A stretch of 63,196 nucleotides of DNA, counting the filler, from Octopus bimaculoides (lineage: Eukaryota), in assembly GCF_001194135.2 (NCBI RefSeq). It is 4 parts of 4 records of this genome, joined end to end, with 100 filler letters (N's around TTAATTAATTAA, not from the genome) between each part and the next. Parts side by side here need not be neighbours in the genome. Positions count along the whole stretch, not along the records: positions 1 to 29,946 come from NC_068993.1; 3 more parts are not named here. The stretch is one strand, 5' to 3'. The notes beneath the pieces are model-generated. The model saw nothing but the letters and a program-made list of their open reading frames with translations. It searched no databases and was not told where the DNA came from. The translations under genes were made by a program, and so were the position numbers. This document shows, in pieces, positions 13,006-25,406 of this stretch (within the stretch, counting starts at the first letter, position 1; each line of letters opens with the position of its first letter).

Positions 13006-15919
13006 TTTTCAGAATGTACATAGCAAAGTACAGATGATTCTTCTTTAGCTGAGGTTCTGCTAGGCTTCAGAATAGTTACAATTATTGTTTAGGTTCTGAG
13101 CATTAGGTGATTTTGGAATATGTTAATTACTAAAGACCTGTAGTATTTTCTTAAGATAAATCTCCCAATCCTGTTAGAAAGTAAAGACTTGGGTGAAATG
13201 CAGCCAATTCAATATAAAAACCATAAAAATATAAAAATATAAAAATATAAAAATATAACTCTATAATTACTGTATGATAAGTAAGAATTGTTGACATACA
13301 TTGAGAATGTAGTTTTTACCTATTAGTTGTTGATTGATTTTTACCTATTGTCATGTCACTTTCACCTGCCCAGATAAGTTGATTACAGGTAGGTGTTTTC
13401 ACACATATTTTCAAGATACCGATTCTTGCACACAGATTTTCTGCCTGAGAGCAGAATTTGTGTTCTAGTAATCTCTTTAACTTGGACTCTATACAACTAT
13501 AATCAGGAATAGCAATCCACTTCATCTCCTTTATTGATGTGATGAAGGTGGTACGACTATGCTCATACATTGCTCATTCAAATACAAATTTCTTCAGGAA
13601 AAAAATATTGAAGAAAATCCTCTATGGGCTTTGCTCTAAGTTCAAAGGTTTTGTGGGGTTCAAATCAACAAAGATAACATCAATGCAATGACCAACTATA
13701 TTCAGAATCAACAAATTACAGAGTCACTTAGATCACTGACGTGTACAGATGATATTGAAATATCACTCATTTTCTCCAAGTTCAATCTCTCTTTCTCTAA
13801 TTACATCATTAATAAATAATATCACTGAATTCTAACTCACTGCTTGCGGTTATCAAATGCCATGATACTCAAAAACCCTTTGCTATTATAGGTATAAGGC
13901 CAGAAGTTTTGTGGGGGCTAGTTGATTACATTGATCCCAATACTTGACTGGTACTTATTTCATCGATCCCATACAGATGAAAGGTAAAGTCAACCTTGGT
14001 GGAATTTGAACTCAGAATGTAAAGACAGACGAAAACCCTGTTAAGCATTTTGTACACTATACTAACAATTCTTTCAGCTTGCCACCTTAAGATGCGCAAA
14101 AACCAAAAGAAATTCACACAATAAAATGCAAATAAAATCTTTTCACAGGAAGATCTTTCTAAAATAAGGCTGAAATTTGTTTCTCATACAGAAGACAGCT
14201 TAGTTCCTGACTTCAACCCTAAACAATAACACTATTTGAATTATGGTTACATGCATCAAGATTAAGAGTTAATTCCTTCAGACTCTATATGTTTTAGGAA
14301 TCCATTTAGAGTTATATTTAGTTAGACTTTGGTGTTTTAGGACTTTGCTATTTTTTTCTTGGTATCAGATGAAAGAAAGGGATTATGGCCTAGGTGAAGG
14401 ATGTGTATCATGCATATTGTGTTTCAGTCTTATTTGAAAAGAAAAAAAAATAATGTTTGATAAGTGGGCTTGCTAGCTTGCTCTTGTGAGGGTGTATTAT
14501 TTCAAGTTATTGTATGATGAGGTGAGGCAATGACAAGTAACTTAGACTTCTGGTGCATTGCTGTGCTTGAGAAGACATGTCAAGCTTAGTGATGCGTGAC
14601 AGCTTCATGTCGCCAATCCTTAACTGTTTCTATCTAAGGTAATATTTCCCTATAGCTGGACATGTTTTTGCAGGAACAAAGAACAGCACTTGCATGACTG
14701 ACACTTGTTTACAATTATCACACAATGTCAAGTCACAGAGGCAGTCACACACACACACACACACGACAGGTTTCTTTCAGTTCCCATCTACCGGATCCAC
14801 TCATAACGCTTTGGCTGACCTGAGGCTATAATAGGAGACACTTGTCCAAGGTACCACACAGTGACAGAATCCCAGAACCATGTGATCGGGAAACAAACTT
14901 ACCACACTGTCACACCTGTGCCTGTGCATGCCCACACCTAACCACTCACTGGCATTGGCCACAACCAGGATTTCACTAACCTTGACGTGTCTTCTCAAGC
15001 ACAGCAATGCACCAGAAGTCTCAGTCATTTGTCATTGTCTCAACACATCATACAACAACTTGAAATAATATACCCTCACAAAAACAAGCTAGCAAGCTCA
15101 CTTATCAAACATTCAGCAGCAGAAAATCTTCCTCAACATATTGCATTTGACCCATGCGAGCATGGAAAAGTGAATGTTAAAATGATGATGATAAAGTATA
15201 TTTATGTATATGTATGTTCTATGCAAGTGTATGATAACTTACAAAGGAATTTAAATCCCTTTGATTTCACTTGAAATAATTAATGAACATGAGAAACTTT
15301 TAGGAAGTAATTGGTACATAACATAATTAGACACATGTACAAAGTCTTTAATTCTCTATTATATTTAACTCTTTCACTCTCAGATTTCTTTTGAGATACA
15401 TTGCTTTTGTTTCAATTAATTTTGAAAATACTGCCATTTTTAAGCTGGTGTTGAGAACACAAGTTAAACATGAAATTTTGATGAACAATTTTAACTTAGA
15501 TCACTTTAAATCAGTAAATTCATATCATAGAACCAGGGGCAGTTTTGAGCAGATTAGTATCAAAAGGGTTAAAAGCTTTCCTACAGTTATACAGAAAATG
15601 GCTTTAACAAGCATCAAAATATTTATTAGACATTTTATCTTTAAAGTAGGTCAAGGCTATTTTAAATTTGGATTGAAGTAATATAAATTGCTAAACATTA
15701 CCACCAAGGTATGACACCAATTAATATAAGGAATTAAAAGCAAGAATTCAAGTCAGAAAGTAGTGTTGAAAACAAAATTAATGTTAGCTGTGTTAACTGT
15801 AAGGTTGTTTGAGTAACTGTAAAATTCCAAAAATTTGATCTGGTTTTACAGCAATGATGACAACAATTGTATAAATATTCTTAATCACCTTAAACAGTTG
15901 ATAGATGAAAACAGACATA

Positions 15920-17253
15920 TAGGATGTTCCATAAAGAGCATTGAATTTGAATTGGGTGACACTTTTGTGTCTTGAAGTTTGAAGGCATTTTTTTTTATCA
16001 TGTTTGCCATCTCTCTTCACTCCGATTAACAGTTTTTGTTTATTTTTCAGAATAGTGTGCAGTGTGTCATGGAGCAGTTTACAACTGAGCAATGCATTCT
16101 CTTTGTGAGGACATTTTACCAAAACGGAGAAAGTGCAATGCAAACAGCTGGAACACTTCGTACAATTTTGGGGAAAAATGAAGCACCCAACAAGTCTACG
16201 ATTCACAGACTAATGACAAAGTTTAAAACAACTGGTTCAGTTGAAATGGCCAAATTGCCTGGGCAGAATCATTCTTGTTAGACAGAGCAACAGATTGCTG
16301 TTGTGCAAGACAGTGTCACTCTGAGTCCAGGAAAATCGATTTGCCGATGTTTGCAGCAGTTGGGCATGCTGACCACTTCATTACATTGAATTTTGCATAA
16401 AGATCTCCATATGCATCCTTACAAAATTCAGCTTAGGCAGCATCTTCAGCCACCTAACCACAGGAGGTAGAGGAAATTTGCTGACTGGGTTGTGGAGAGA
16501 CTTGCAGCTGATGAAAATTTTGCAAAGAAAACCATCTTCAGTGACAATGCCCACTTCCACTTTAGTAGATTTGTTAAACAGAACTGCTGGATTTGGGGAA
16601 ACGAAAATCCTCCAATAATGCAAGAGTGTGGAATGCATCCACTGAAAGTGATTGTGTAGTGTGGTTTTTGGGCAGGTGGAGTGCTTGGGCTGTTCTCCTT
16701 TGAAAATGATGAGGGGAATGCAGTTACCATTAATAGAGAACATTACCAAGACATGATATCCACTCAGTTATGGCTGAACTTGGAAGATACGGAGATTGAC
16801 AACCTCTTGTTTCAGCAGAATGGAGTGACCTGCCACACTTTGTGCCAAATGTTTGCATTACTCCATGAAAAATTTCCACAATGAGTGATATCCTTGCATG
16901 GTGTCCAGCAATGGTCACCAAGGTCCTGCGATCTTAGCCCTTGTGATTTTTTATAGGGGTATGTGAAATCACAGATATACATCAAGAAACTATGCACAAT
17001 TCTTCAACTCAAGGCTGAAATCAGGGATGTGACTGGAGGCACTGGGCCACTCATCTTTGAGCGAGTTATTGGAAATTTCAAGGAGCACACAAATGTATGC
17101 AGACACAGTGCAGGTGGACATATGACTGATATTGTGTTCCATATCAAAACAGGAGACATAACTCATTAGAAATATGTAGACTAGAACCATGTTTATACAA
17201 ATTCATTTTAATTATTCACCTTTCAAATTTGGCACCTTTTATGGAACACCCTG
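15920..17253 (+). mobile_element. Near full-length decayed Tc1/mariner (maT/DD37D-like) transposon
   Basis: TIRs ta|taggatgttccataaa ... tttatggaacaccctg|ta. Relic ORF MEQFTTEQCILFVRTFYQNG...IFSDNAHF...QQNGVTCH...WSPRSCDLSPCDF..GYVKS with several stops. Confidence 0.9.
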
Positions 17254-17641
17254 TATATTATCATGATGATGATAGGGCTATTTAGACAATTAGGTCATCA
17301 AACTTTTGATTTGTTAATATAGAATAGCCATCATGGGCTTTAATTGCAGCAATAGAAGTAATAGTAGAAGTGGCAATGATAAACAGAATATGGGATGTCT
17401 ATATGACAATTAAACAAGAACTCAAAATAAAGCCATGGTTTCACGAAAGATCTAAACAATTTCAGTAAAAAGTAAAAAAGCTACATCTGAAAAGATGTGA
17501 AAAATTGACAAACGTCATAGAAGAGTTTGGAAATGTCGAAGTTCCCTTGATAGAATCAAATGAATTAAAAACAGAATAAGACTTTCAAAGTAGAACAGAA
17601 AAAAAAAAGGTGGGGTGTGCAAAACAAAAAGAGACCTTTAC

Positions 17642-17797
17642 CTTGTTTGCAGATTCTAGAGATTTTATCAAAGATTTTAATTCTCCACTATTCAGTTCCA
17701 AGGTTGTGTTGACATTCTCCTCACCATCTCGGCTTTGTAAGTCAAGCTGACATAGAGGCTCATGTATGGTACCAAGTTTATCACTAGACATAACTAA
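17642..17797 (-). CDS. COMMD8: COMM domain-containing protein 8, COMM-domain exon (LVMSSDKLGTIHEPLCQLDLQSRDGEENVNTTLELNSGELKSLIKSLESANK)
   Basis: Resembles the COMMD8 C-terminus LALSSDKI..L..PL..L.L......SIEM..EEL..LIQSLEAANK. Acceptor ttttctttatcag, donor AAG|gtaaag, 156 nt, phase 0 to 0. Confidence 0.85.
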
Positions 17798-18665
17798 CTG
17801 ATAAAGAAAATTAAGAGAAAAAAACAATATAATTATTCAGAAAAGCATTTAAAAGCAAGTTTCATGGAATGTCAGCGAAGCTGATAGTATGGAATATAAT
17901 ATGAAGAGATCTATAAATCTCTACATATCAGTTTCAGTACCAATATAAAGTTACTTTTTTTTCTCCTTTTAGCCTGAGTCATAGCTGTTTTCTGTGTTAA
18001 CATGGGTGAAGTACTGCATGAACCCATCCTACAGCTAAATCATTCACATATGATGTAGCATTGGAACATAATTTTATAAGTTAAGATAAACTGAAAAGAT
18101 ATATCTGATGTGAAATAAAGTACATGGAGGGTTTTTTTTTTAGCAGTTTGGATGATAACTGAACCTATCTATTCCACTGTTATTCAACAACATTCATTCG
18201 CTTCATCCACCATCATTAGTAACTTTAGGCAACTTATTAGCTCTTTAGCATTTAATCTGGCCAGATACTCTATTTGTTTTATGTTAAAACAGGCCAGATC
18301 TACCCTATCACACCTAAATCTTGTCCTTATGAAATTCCTAACATACATGCACACACACACACTCAGTGTGAGCGATATATGTATACAGAGAGTGAGAGTT
18401 TTATATCCTGGTGTTGGATAAATAATCTAAGAAAGCAAGGAGAAAGAAGTATTTACTGCTCACCAATGAACTACCTTGTCAACTCCATAATTGTTTATTT
18501 TATAGCAATGTGTCAGTCCACTTTTAGTCACAGAGGGGCAGTTGGAATCCTTCCACAATAGTGTGATAAATATATATAGAGAGGGGGTGAGTTTATGAGA
18601 AAAATGAAAGAGATGGAGAAATAGAGAGAAAGAGAGATCTTTTCTGCTGCTAATACATCATCATA

Positions 18666-19363
18666 CAGGGTGACCACAAAGTCACACACTATGGGAGATA
18701 TCAAGTATGCTTTATTAGCAATGAAGTAGGTAATCCATTACAAATGTTCGAAGTGTTGGTCATGCAGCTCTAATCAAGTGTTCATACGGAATTTGAAATT
18801 GCGATGAACCTTCTCAAATAGCTTTTCATTGCTGTTGACTTGTTCACATGCTTCAACAATTCTTTGAAGATGTCCTTGGTCAGGAATCTTTTCAGAATAC
18901 ACAAGGGATTTAATGTAGCTCCAGAAGAAAAAGTCCATGGGAGTTAAATCTGGTGACAATGGTGCCCATTCAATTGGCCTGTGACACACAAGCCATCTCC
19001 TTGAAAAATGTTAATTCAGAAAATCACAAACTTGTAATACATAATAGGGCAGAGCCCAAGTCTTGCTGAAACCAGACAGGATTTCCCTTTCTAAGTGAAT
19101 GCATGTGAGGCTTCATCTTGTTGCCAAGCATGTCCAGATACGAATCACCTGTCACAGAGCCCTCAAAATGAAATAGCCCAATTACTTGATTGTGCCAAAT
19201 CCCACACTACACCATTACCTTGCTGCCGTCTTGTTGATTATCTGCCTCCATCCAAAGAGGATTGGTTTGTGAGTAATATTGGCAGTTGTGGAAAAGAGAT
19301 AAAGAGGAGAATGTTAGCAATTTTACATATTGCAGGATGGTGTGTGACTTTATGACCACCCTG
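18666..19363 (-). mobile_element. Internally deleted maT-like Tc1/mariner
   Basis: TIRs ta|cagggtgaccacaaagtcacac ... gtgtgactttatgaccaccctg|ta; relic WAPLSPDLTPMDFFFWSYIKSLVY. Confidence 0.88.
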
Positions 19364-20071
19364 TATTGTTGTACATTTTCATGCTGAATCCAATTTTATG
19401 ATTCATTTATTCAAGAAAAATTTTAGAAAAATGTTTCAGAAGTTTTAAGTTTGATAATTTTTATCTAATCAGAAAGCAGGATTTGGAAGCAAGCATTTTG
19501 TGCATGATAGCTATATTTCATAAAATGAAAGCAATATGTCATATAAAGAGAGGAAGGGACAGCATGTGTGAGAGATAATATATAAACAAAAAGAGAGGGA
19601 TAAAGAGTGTGGGAAATACATGGAGGGAAAGGTGTGAAAGAGAGATAGAGAGAGAGAGGGTGATAGTGACAATAGAGAGAGGGAGATTTGTTGATCTAAA
19701 AGTTGAGTTATTTCTTGTAGCAAATTATATTTTTTGATTATTATTTATGGACAACTTTCTCTTTGGGCTGCAGATTTCAAAAATCAAATTTGTTTTTCTT
19801 GAGAATGCACCATTTCAGAGCTTTTGGGGGCTAAATACATACACTCTTGTGTGTATATATTGAAAATTTACAATTTTAAGAAAAACTTGAAGAAAGTTCC
19901 AAAATTTACTTAATAGGATAGCTATTTTACAGCTGGATGGCCCTTCTTAAAATTGAACACTCGACTATGAAGTTAGGTGTGGCAGTTAAAACAGAGAAGT
20001 TATAAGCTGAGCAATGAACTCATTGCTGTGTTCATGTAAACTGTAACAAGTTATAACAATTAAATAACATA

Positions 20072-20457
20072 GATGCAGGCATGGCTGTGTGGTAAGAAGT
20101 TTGCTTCCCAACCACATGGTTCCGAGTTCAGTCCTACTGTGCGGTACCTTGATACTTCTACTATAACCTCGGGCCGACCAAAGCTTTGAGTGGATTTGGT
20201 AGACGGAAACTGAAAGAAGCCCATCATATATAAATATATATGTATATGTTTGTGTGTCTGTGTTTGTAACCCCACCATTGTTTGACAGCCGATGTTGGTG
20301 TGTTTACATCCCCGTAACTTAGCAGTTTGGCAAAAGAGAACGATAGAATAAGTACTAGGCTTACAAAGAATAAGTCCTGGGGTCGATTAGTTCGACTAAA
20401 GGTGGTGCTCCAGCATGGCCGCAGTCAAATGACTGAAACAAGTAAAAGAATAAAAGA
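20072..20457 (+). mobile_element. tRNA-derived SINE family A, full length; other copies at about 51930-52320 (+), 40535-40990 (-), 58715-59105 (-), plus heads at 14765, 23577, 35075, 40362, 42200, 42365, 47615 and 50515
   Basis: A/B-box-like head ggctgtgtggtaagaag...ggttccgagttcagtccta, body ctactatagcctcgggccgaccaaagc, microsatellite middle, tail ggtggtgctccagcatggccgcagtcaaatgactgaaacaagtaaaaga. Confidence 0.85.
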
Positions 20458-20469
20458 GTATATATTTAA

Positions 20470-20909
20470 CCCTTTAGCATTCAAATTACTCTGACAAATG
20501 CAAAGCTTATTTATTCATATTTTAAATCAATCATTTATTATGCCACAGATTTGAAATTTTGATGATGTTCTTATTCTTTTGTTCTTTTATTTGTTTCAGT
20601 CATTTGACTGCAGCCATGCTGGAGCACCACCTTTAGTCGAACAAATCGAACCCAGGACTTATTCTTTGTAAGCCTAGTACTTATTCTATCGGTCTCTTTT
20701 GCCAAACCGCTAAGTTACAGGGACATAAAAACACCAACATCGGATGTCAAGTGATGGTGAAGGGACAAACACAGATACACATATATATGTTATTGTTTAT
20801 ATTTAGAATGGCATTGTAGGGTAGGTGTGAGAGACTAGATCTGGCCAGTATAAACATAAAACAGGGTGGCATATTTGAGCTGGATATGGCTGGTTTAAAT
20901 TCTAAAGGG
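20470..20909. mobile_element. piggyBac-type MITE with an inserted SINE tail
   Basis: TTAA|CCCTTTAGCATT left end and aattctaaaggg right end; SINE tail at about 20575-20790. Confidence 0.7.
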
Positions 20910-21430
20910 CTATGTAGAAATATTGCACAAAAATGTATCAGATAATAACAAATAACAACAAAAAAGATATCCCCTACAGAGGTGAAGAATTGCCCATCAA
21001 AGCAAAGTATCTCTTGATAGGTGCTTCAAACACAGAATGTAAAACTACATTTCTGAAATAACTGGGGAAATTATCTAAATATAAAGACCTGCAAATAGTT
21101 ATTGAAATTGAAGATACAAAGCAATCCTCACTATCAATAGGTGAACTTGGATTATATAATGTCACACAAGCAAATGTATAAACAACACCCAGTACACAGT
21201 GTATAAACTATATCATTACTTAGTTAAGTTATTTCCAGTCAATGACTATACACTAATACTCAAAATATACTGAATTACACTCAGTTATGTAATGAAAAAA
21301 TGGCTTCTTTTGTTCTTTGCTTCTCACACAACCTTTTACCATGAACTGTTCTCTGTATTATTTGACAAAATGTCAGAGGTGGAAAAGGGTAGTAGTATAT
21401 CCACATATTTTTCCATAACTGTCATATTTC

Positions 21431-21985
21431 TGCAATGTTTTTAACAGTTCGAATATGCCAGTGCTAAGTTCAAATTCGTAAACAAGCTGTAGACAAATGG
21501 TGTAAATACACATAAATCAGCATGTAGCACTACCTATCAAGACTGTGAAATGCAAGCATTTCAGAATGATTATCTCCTCTTCAGTCACAGAAACTGAACA
21601 GTGGTGTTGCAGGCTGATAAGAGAGGTAATTTCTCTTATGTTATTCCGGTTGCCGTATGTTGGCCAGTAGCGCAAATCGGCAGCTGACTGTAAGTAAATT
21701 ATGAGGTGGAAGTGCTAAGCAGTGATGTACAATGACTGAAATAATATAACAGAGATTGTCCCTCTTATCAGCTTGCAGTGCCACTGTTTGCTTTCTGTGA
21801 TTGAAGAGGAGATAGCTCCAAAATGCTTGTATCTCACAGTTTGGATAAATGGCACTGCAAGCTGATTGGGTGTATTTACACCATTTGTCTACATGAGAAA
21901 TTTTTTCCATGACAAAACACAGCAAATGGCTTGTTTATGAATTCAAACTTGCCACTGGCATATTCAAACTGGTAATAACATTGCA
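21431..21985. mobile_element. Fold-back element / MITE with about 210-bp inverted arms
   Basis: 21431-21640 pairs with the reverse complement of 21740-21985 (e.g. gtagacaaatggtgtaaatacac vs gtgtatttacaccatttgtctac). Confidence 0.75.
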
Positions 21986-22429
21986 TTTACACACATCATT
22001 GCTAAGCACTTTCACCTCATGTCTTATTTCTGTTTATATGGTTTACACATGTTTGTGAGAGCTCATTTATTTTATGGGGTAGGTGTTTGTCCCATATCTT
22101 TATGATCAATAATGGCAACAGAGAGGATGGTCCCTTCCATTGTTGTTGTTCAGCATGGGTGATCATTGCTTCAGTTATTATACTGTTGTTATGGAAGTGC
22201 TAGCAGCATGAGTCCATATTAGCAAGGCTTCTGTTGTAGGTATCATTCCTTCAGATGTGCTACCAGTTGTTTTAACCCTATAGAAAAGTGGTTATACACC
22301 ATTAGGTGTACACCCGCTTTCCTATATTAAATTCAAAAGAAACAACGAAACGCTGACTCCGAACTATCAACACAACAATATTTATTTATGGTGAAAATAG
22401 GCAGCAGTTATTTGTGAAGCTCTGGTGCT

Positions 22430-22550
22430 GACATGTTAGAGAGCTCCGCTGTTGGACATCTGCCATCGTCGCCGGCCGGCGAGAAAAGAGAAAGAATCAG
22501 GGCGCCAAACTTGGATATTGATGACTACGCATGCGCACGAGACAAGGCGT
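22430..22550 (-). promoter_or_regulatory. CpG-rich patch with an NRF1-like site; candidate housekeeping promoter
   Basis: Local CpG cluster (gtcgccggccggcg) in AT-rich DNA; TGCGCATGCGTA on minus at 22537-22526; strong-context ATG (acgATGG) at 22466. Confidence 0.45.
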
Positions 22551-22558
22551 TACTACAA

Positions 22559-22778
22559 CCCTTTAGTATTCAGATTACTCTATCAAACGTAATGCTTATA
22601 TATTTACATTATTTTGAATTACTCATGCATTGTCTTGTAGCTTTGAGATTTCAATGATGTGACTCTTTACTTTAGGAATGACATTGTAGGGTAGGTGTAA
22701 GAGGCCAGATTTGGCTAGTTTGAACATAAGACAGGAGGAATATTTGGGTTGGATACGGCTATTTTAAATGCTAAAGGG
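22559..22778. mobile_element. piggyBac-type MITE (220 bp)
   Basis: ccctttagtatt ... aatgctaaaggg|TTAA; same family as 36549-36768. Confidence 0.75.
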
Positions 22779-23735
22779 TTAATTTTGAACTCGTAGTGTC
22801 ACAGTTTTTCCAATACTTCAATTCTGCTAGCCACAGGTGTGTATTGAACTCAGACCATAAACAGTCATAACTAAATGAACATGGAGCTAAACCAACAAAT
22901 TTTTATTTCACCTCTACTCCTGTGAAGGATAGTGGATAAAAGCATTGGAATTTTGCATGAAATATCGGTTCATGAGGTCAATCCTAGCTTGAGGAATGAT
23001 ATAACTTACCTCAGATGAGAAACTATGTACTGAAACAGTTACCATTAAACATTTGTAGGTACGTGGTACTTCGTTATGCAAACACAATATATTTTAAGGT
23101 AGACTAAATGTTTTCATAAGGCAGTACCATGTTCTACTGCATTAGCAGTGCTCTTACATTATTTTGTTAAGGTTATTTCTACAGTTATGTTCCTATAAAG
23201 TTTTAAATAAAATTATGTGTGTATGAGCTAGCATGTGCAGGTTCTTGAGTTTGTTTTAGCCATTGTGGGACTAATATAGATGGCACTTGAGACTAGACAG
23301 TTTAGAAGTACAAAAAGGAAGCAAAAAATAAGTAACAATTCAAATATGCTTTCTATTATTTAATGCTGATAATGCAGCTAAAGCTGACAAGAGAGAGATG
23401 CTATGTAGTTGCTTGTTCAATTAGAAATAACAGCCAAACTGCCTCAAATCACACTCTACTATCTTAGCAAAGGAAGTACATTAATGTCCTAGTTATATAA
23501 AAAGATGGGGTGGTCATGAGTGGAATTCCTTTGCTCATATTTCTGATCTAGTTACAACATAAGTAACTCATTTTAGCATGGCTGTGTGATAAGAAGCTAG
23601 CTTCCCAACCACATAGTTCTGGGTTCAGTCCCACAGCATGGCACTTTGGGCAAGTGTTTTCTACTATAGCCTCAGGCAGACCAAATCCTTGTGAGTGGAT
23701 TTGGTAGATGGAAACTGAAAGAAGCCTGTTGTATA

Positions 23736-25406
23736 TCTCTATCCTTACAAAAAGCAAAGTTTGTTTGTTTGTTTGTACATTGACTGCTGAAAACACTAAA
23801 TAAAATTGATATTTCAGGTTTTCCATGTCATTTCAATTAATTTGACCATTCCACAGATAACTGTGCACTTATTTTCCGAAAATGGAGTGTGTGCATGTGT
23901 GGGGTGGGGGACAGCAACTTGTTGTACTGGCTCCTATTTCTACTAATCCACATACTGTGTATTTCACCATAATATCTACACCTCTATTCTTATAAAAAGC
24001 AAAGTTTGTTTGTTTGTACGTTGACCGCTGAAAAAACTATATAAAATTGATAGTATTTCAGGTTTTCTGTGTCATTTAAATTAATTTGACCATTCCACAG
24101 AAAACTATGCACTTATTTTCTGAAAACAGATTTGGAAGATGGGTTGGTGATGTATTGGCTCCTATTTCTGGCAATCCACTTACTGTCTATTTCACTGTAA
24201 TGCTTTTTACAGAGTGAAAATATACCCCACCTATCACTCAATCCACCTTCAACTTTATACATTACATTTATTCCTTTGAAGTCACCACTGGACTTCTGCA
24301 TTCTTTCAGTCTATATGTCCCTTTTTATGTTTCTATCTCTCACTATCTCCCTCTCTCTGTCTGGTTGTATATGTGTTTCTCACTACCTCTGCCTCTTTTT
24401 CTCTATTGAGAAAAAACATGAGAGACAGACAGAAGGGGGTGGAGTTACGGAAAAAATAAAACAAGTGAGATGCTGGACCTCTGCTTTCTTTCTGTCTATA
24501 TGTCCTTCTATGTTTCTGTCTCTCTCACTATTTCCCTCTCTCTCTCTCTCTTACAACCTCTACCTCTTTTTCTCTCTAGAGAAAAAATACGTGAGACAGA
24601 AAGGGAGAGAAAACACAAGTGACACAGAGGGAGGATGGAGATAGCTACATCTATAAATCTATCAACAAAGTTGTCGATGAGGACGATGTTGTTCATTATC
24701 CTGCATTATTTACATTTGACGGGATACTTGGCCATCTCTTGTTTGTTGTTAACGCAATGTTTCGGCTGATAAACCCTCCAGCTTTCATCAGGTGTGTTGG
24801 GGAAATTATTTTTCGATGGTATTATTATTATTATTATTCAGGTCACTGCCTGGAATCAAACTACAGCCTCACATTATGGAGCGAAAACCCTCAATGTATG
24901 TGGTAAGCAAGACACTGTATTTATACCGAGAATACCACTAATACCAACAGATGTCCCCTTTCGTTTCAAACAATTGCAATTCTCAGTGAGAGTCAGTTAC
25001 ACATTGATCATTAATAAGTCCCAAGGTCAAACACTGCAGGTTGTTGCTCTCCATCTAGAAGAGGGCTGTTTCTCACATGGTCAATTGTATCTAGGTTGTT
25101 CATGAGTAGGAAACCAGAAACTCTTCATACATGCTCCAAAGAAAAAAGTTAAAGACATTGTATATACAGAAGCTCTGTAAAAGTTTTATAATTTTTATAT
25201 ATAATACATTTCTCTATTATTATCAATGTTACTTTCTGTTTTTAGATATTCTAAGTGAATTTGTAAAATTTTGTTATGCAATATTTAAATACTTTTTAAC
25301 AACTTTTAATGTAAGGAAAATGGGCATTATGATAGATACCAATATGTACCTTATGAACACATTTCAACACTGTACAGACCGGGCCAGAGGCTGGGAGGCC
25401 CGCTGG
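23736..25406 (+). mobile_element. Non-autonomous Helitron with a duplicated 5' segment and PIF1 relic
   Basis: 5' TC.. segment repeated at about 23736 and about 23982; helicase relic VFIPRIPLIPTDVPFRFKQLQFSVR....INKSQGQTL......CFSHGQLY; 3' hairpin gggcc..ggccc followed by CTGG|T. Confidence 0.8.

Noticed and set aside
13316-13570. 84-aa minus ORF MYEHSRTTF...LIWAGESDMTI with a donor-like gtaaaa
   Set aside because: No recognisable family; ORFs of this size are expected by chance in 63 kb.
15793-15890. Possible COMMD8 terminal exon (VIKNIY... or LLKQPYS*)
   Set aside because: Several acceptors between 17640 and 15800 fit equally well, and none clearly matches the VVLQLK-type end.
20080-20140. 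tRNA-like A/B boxes
   Set aside because: These are SINE heads, not tRNA genes; no full cloverleaf is seen.
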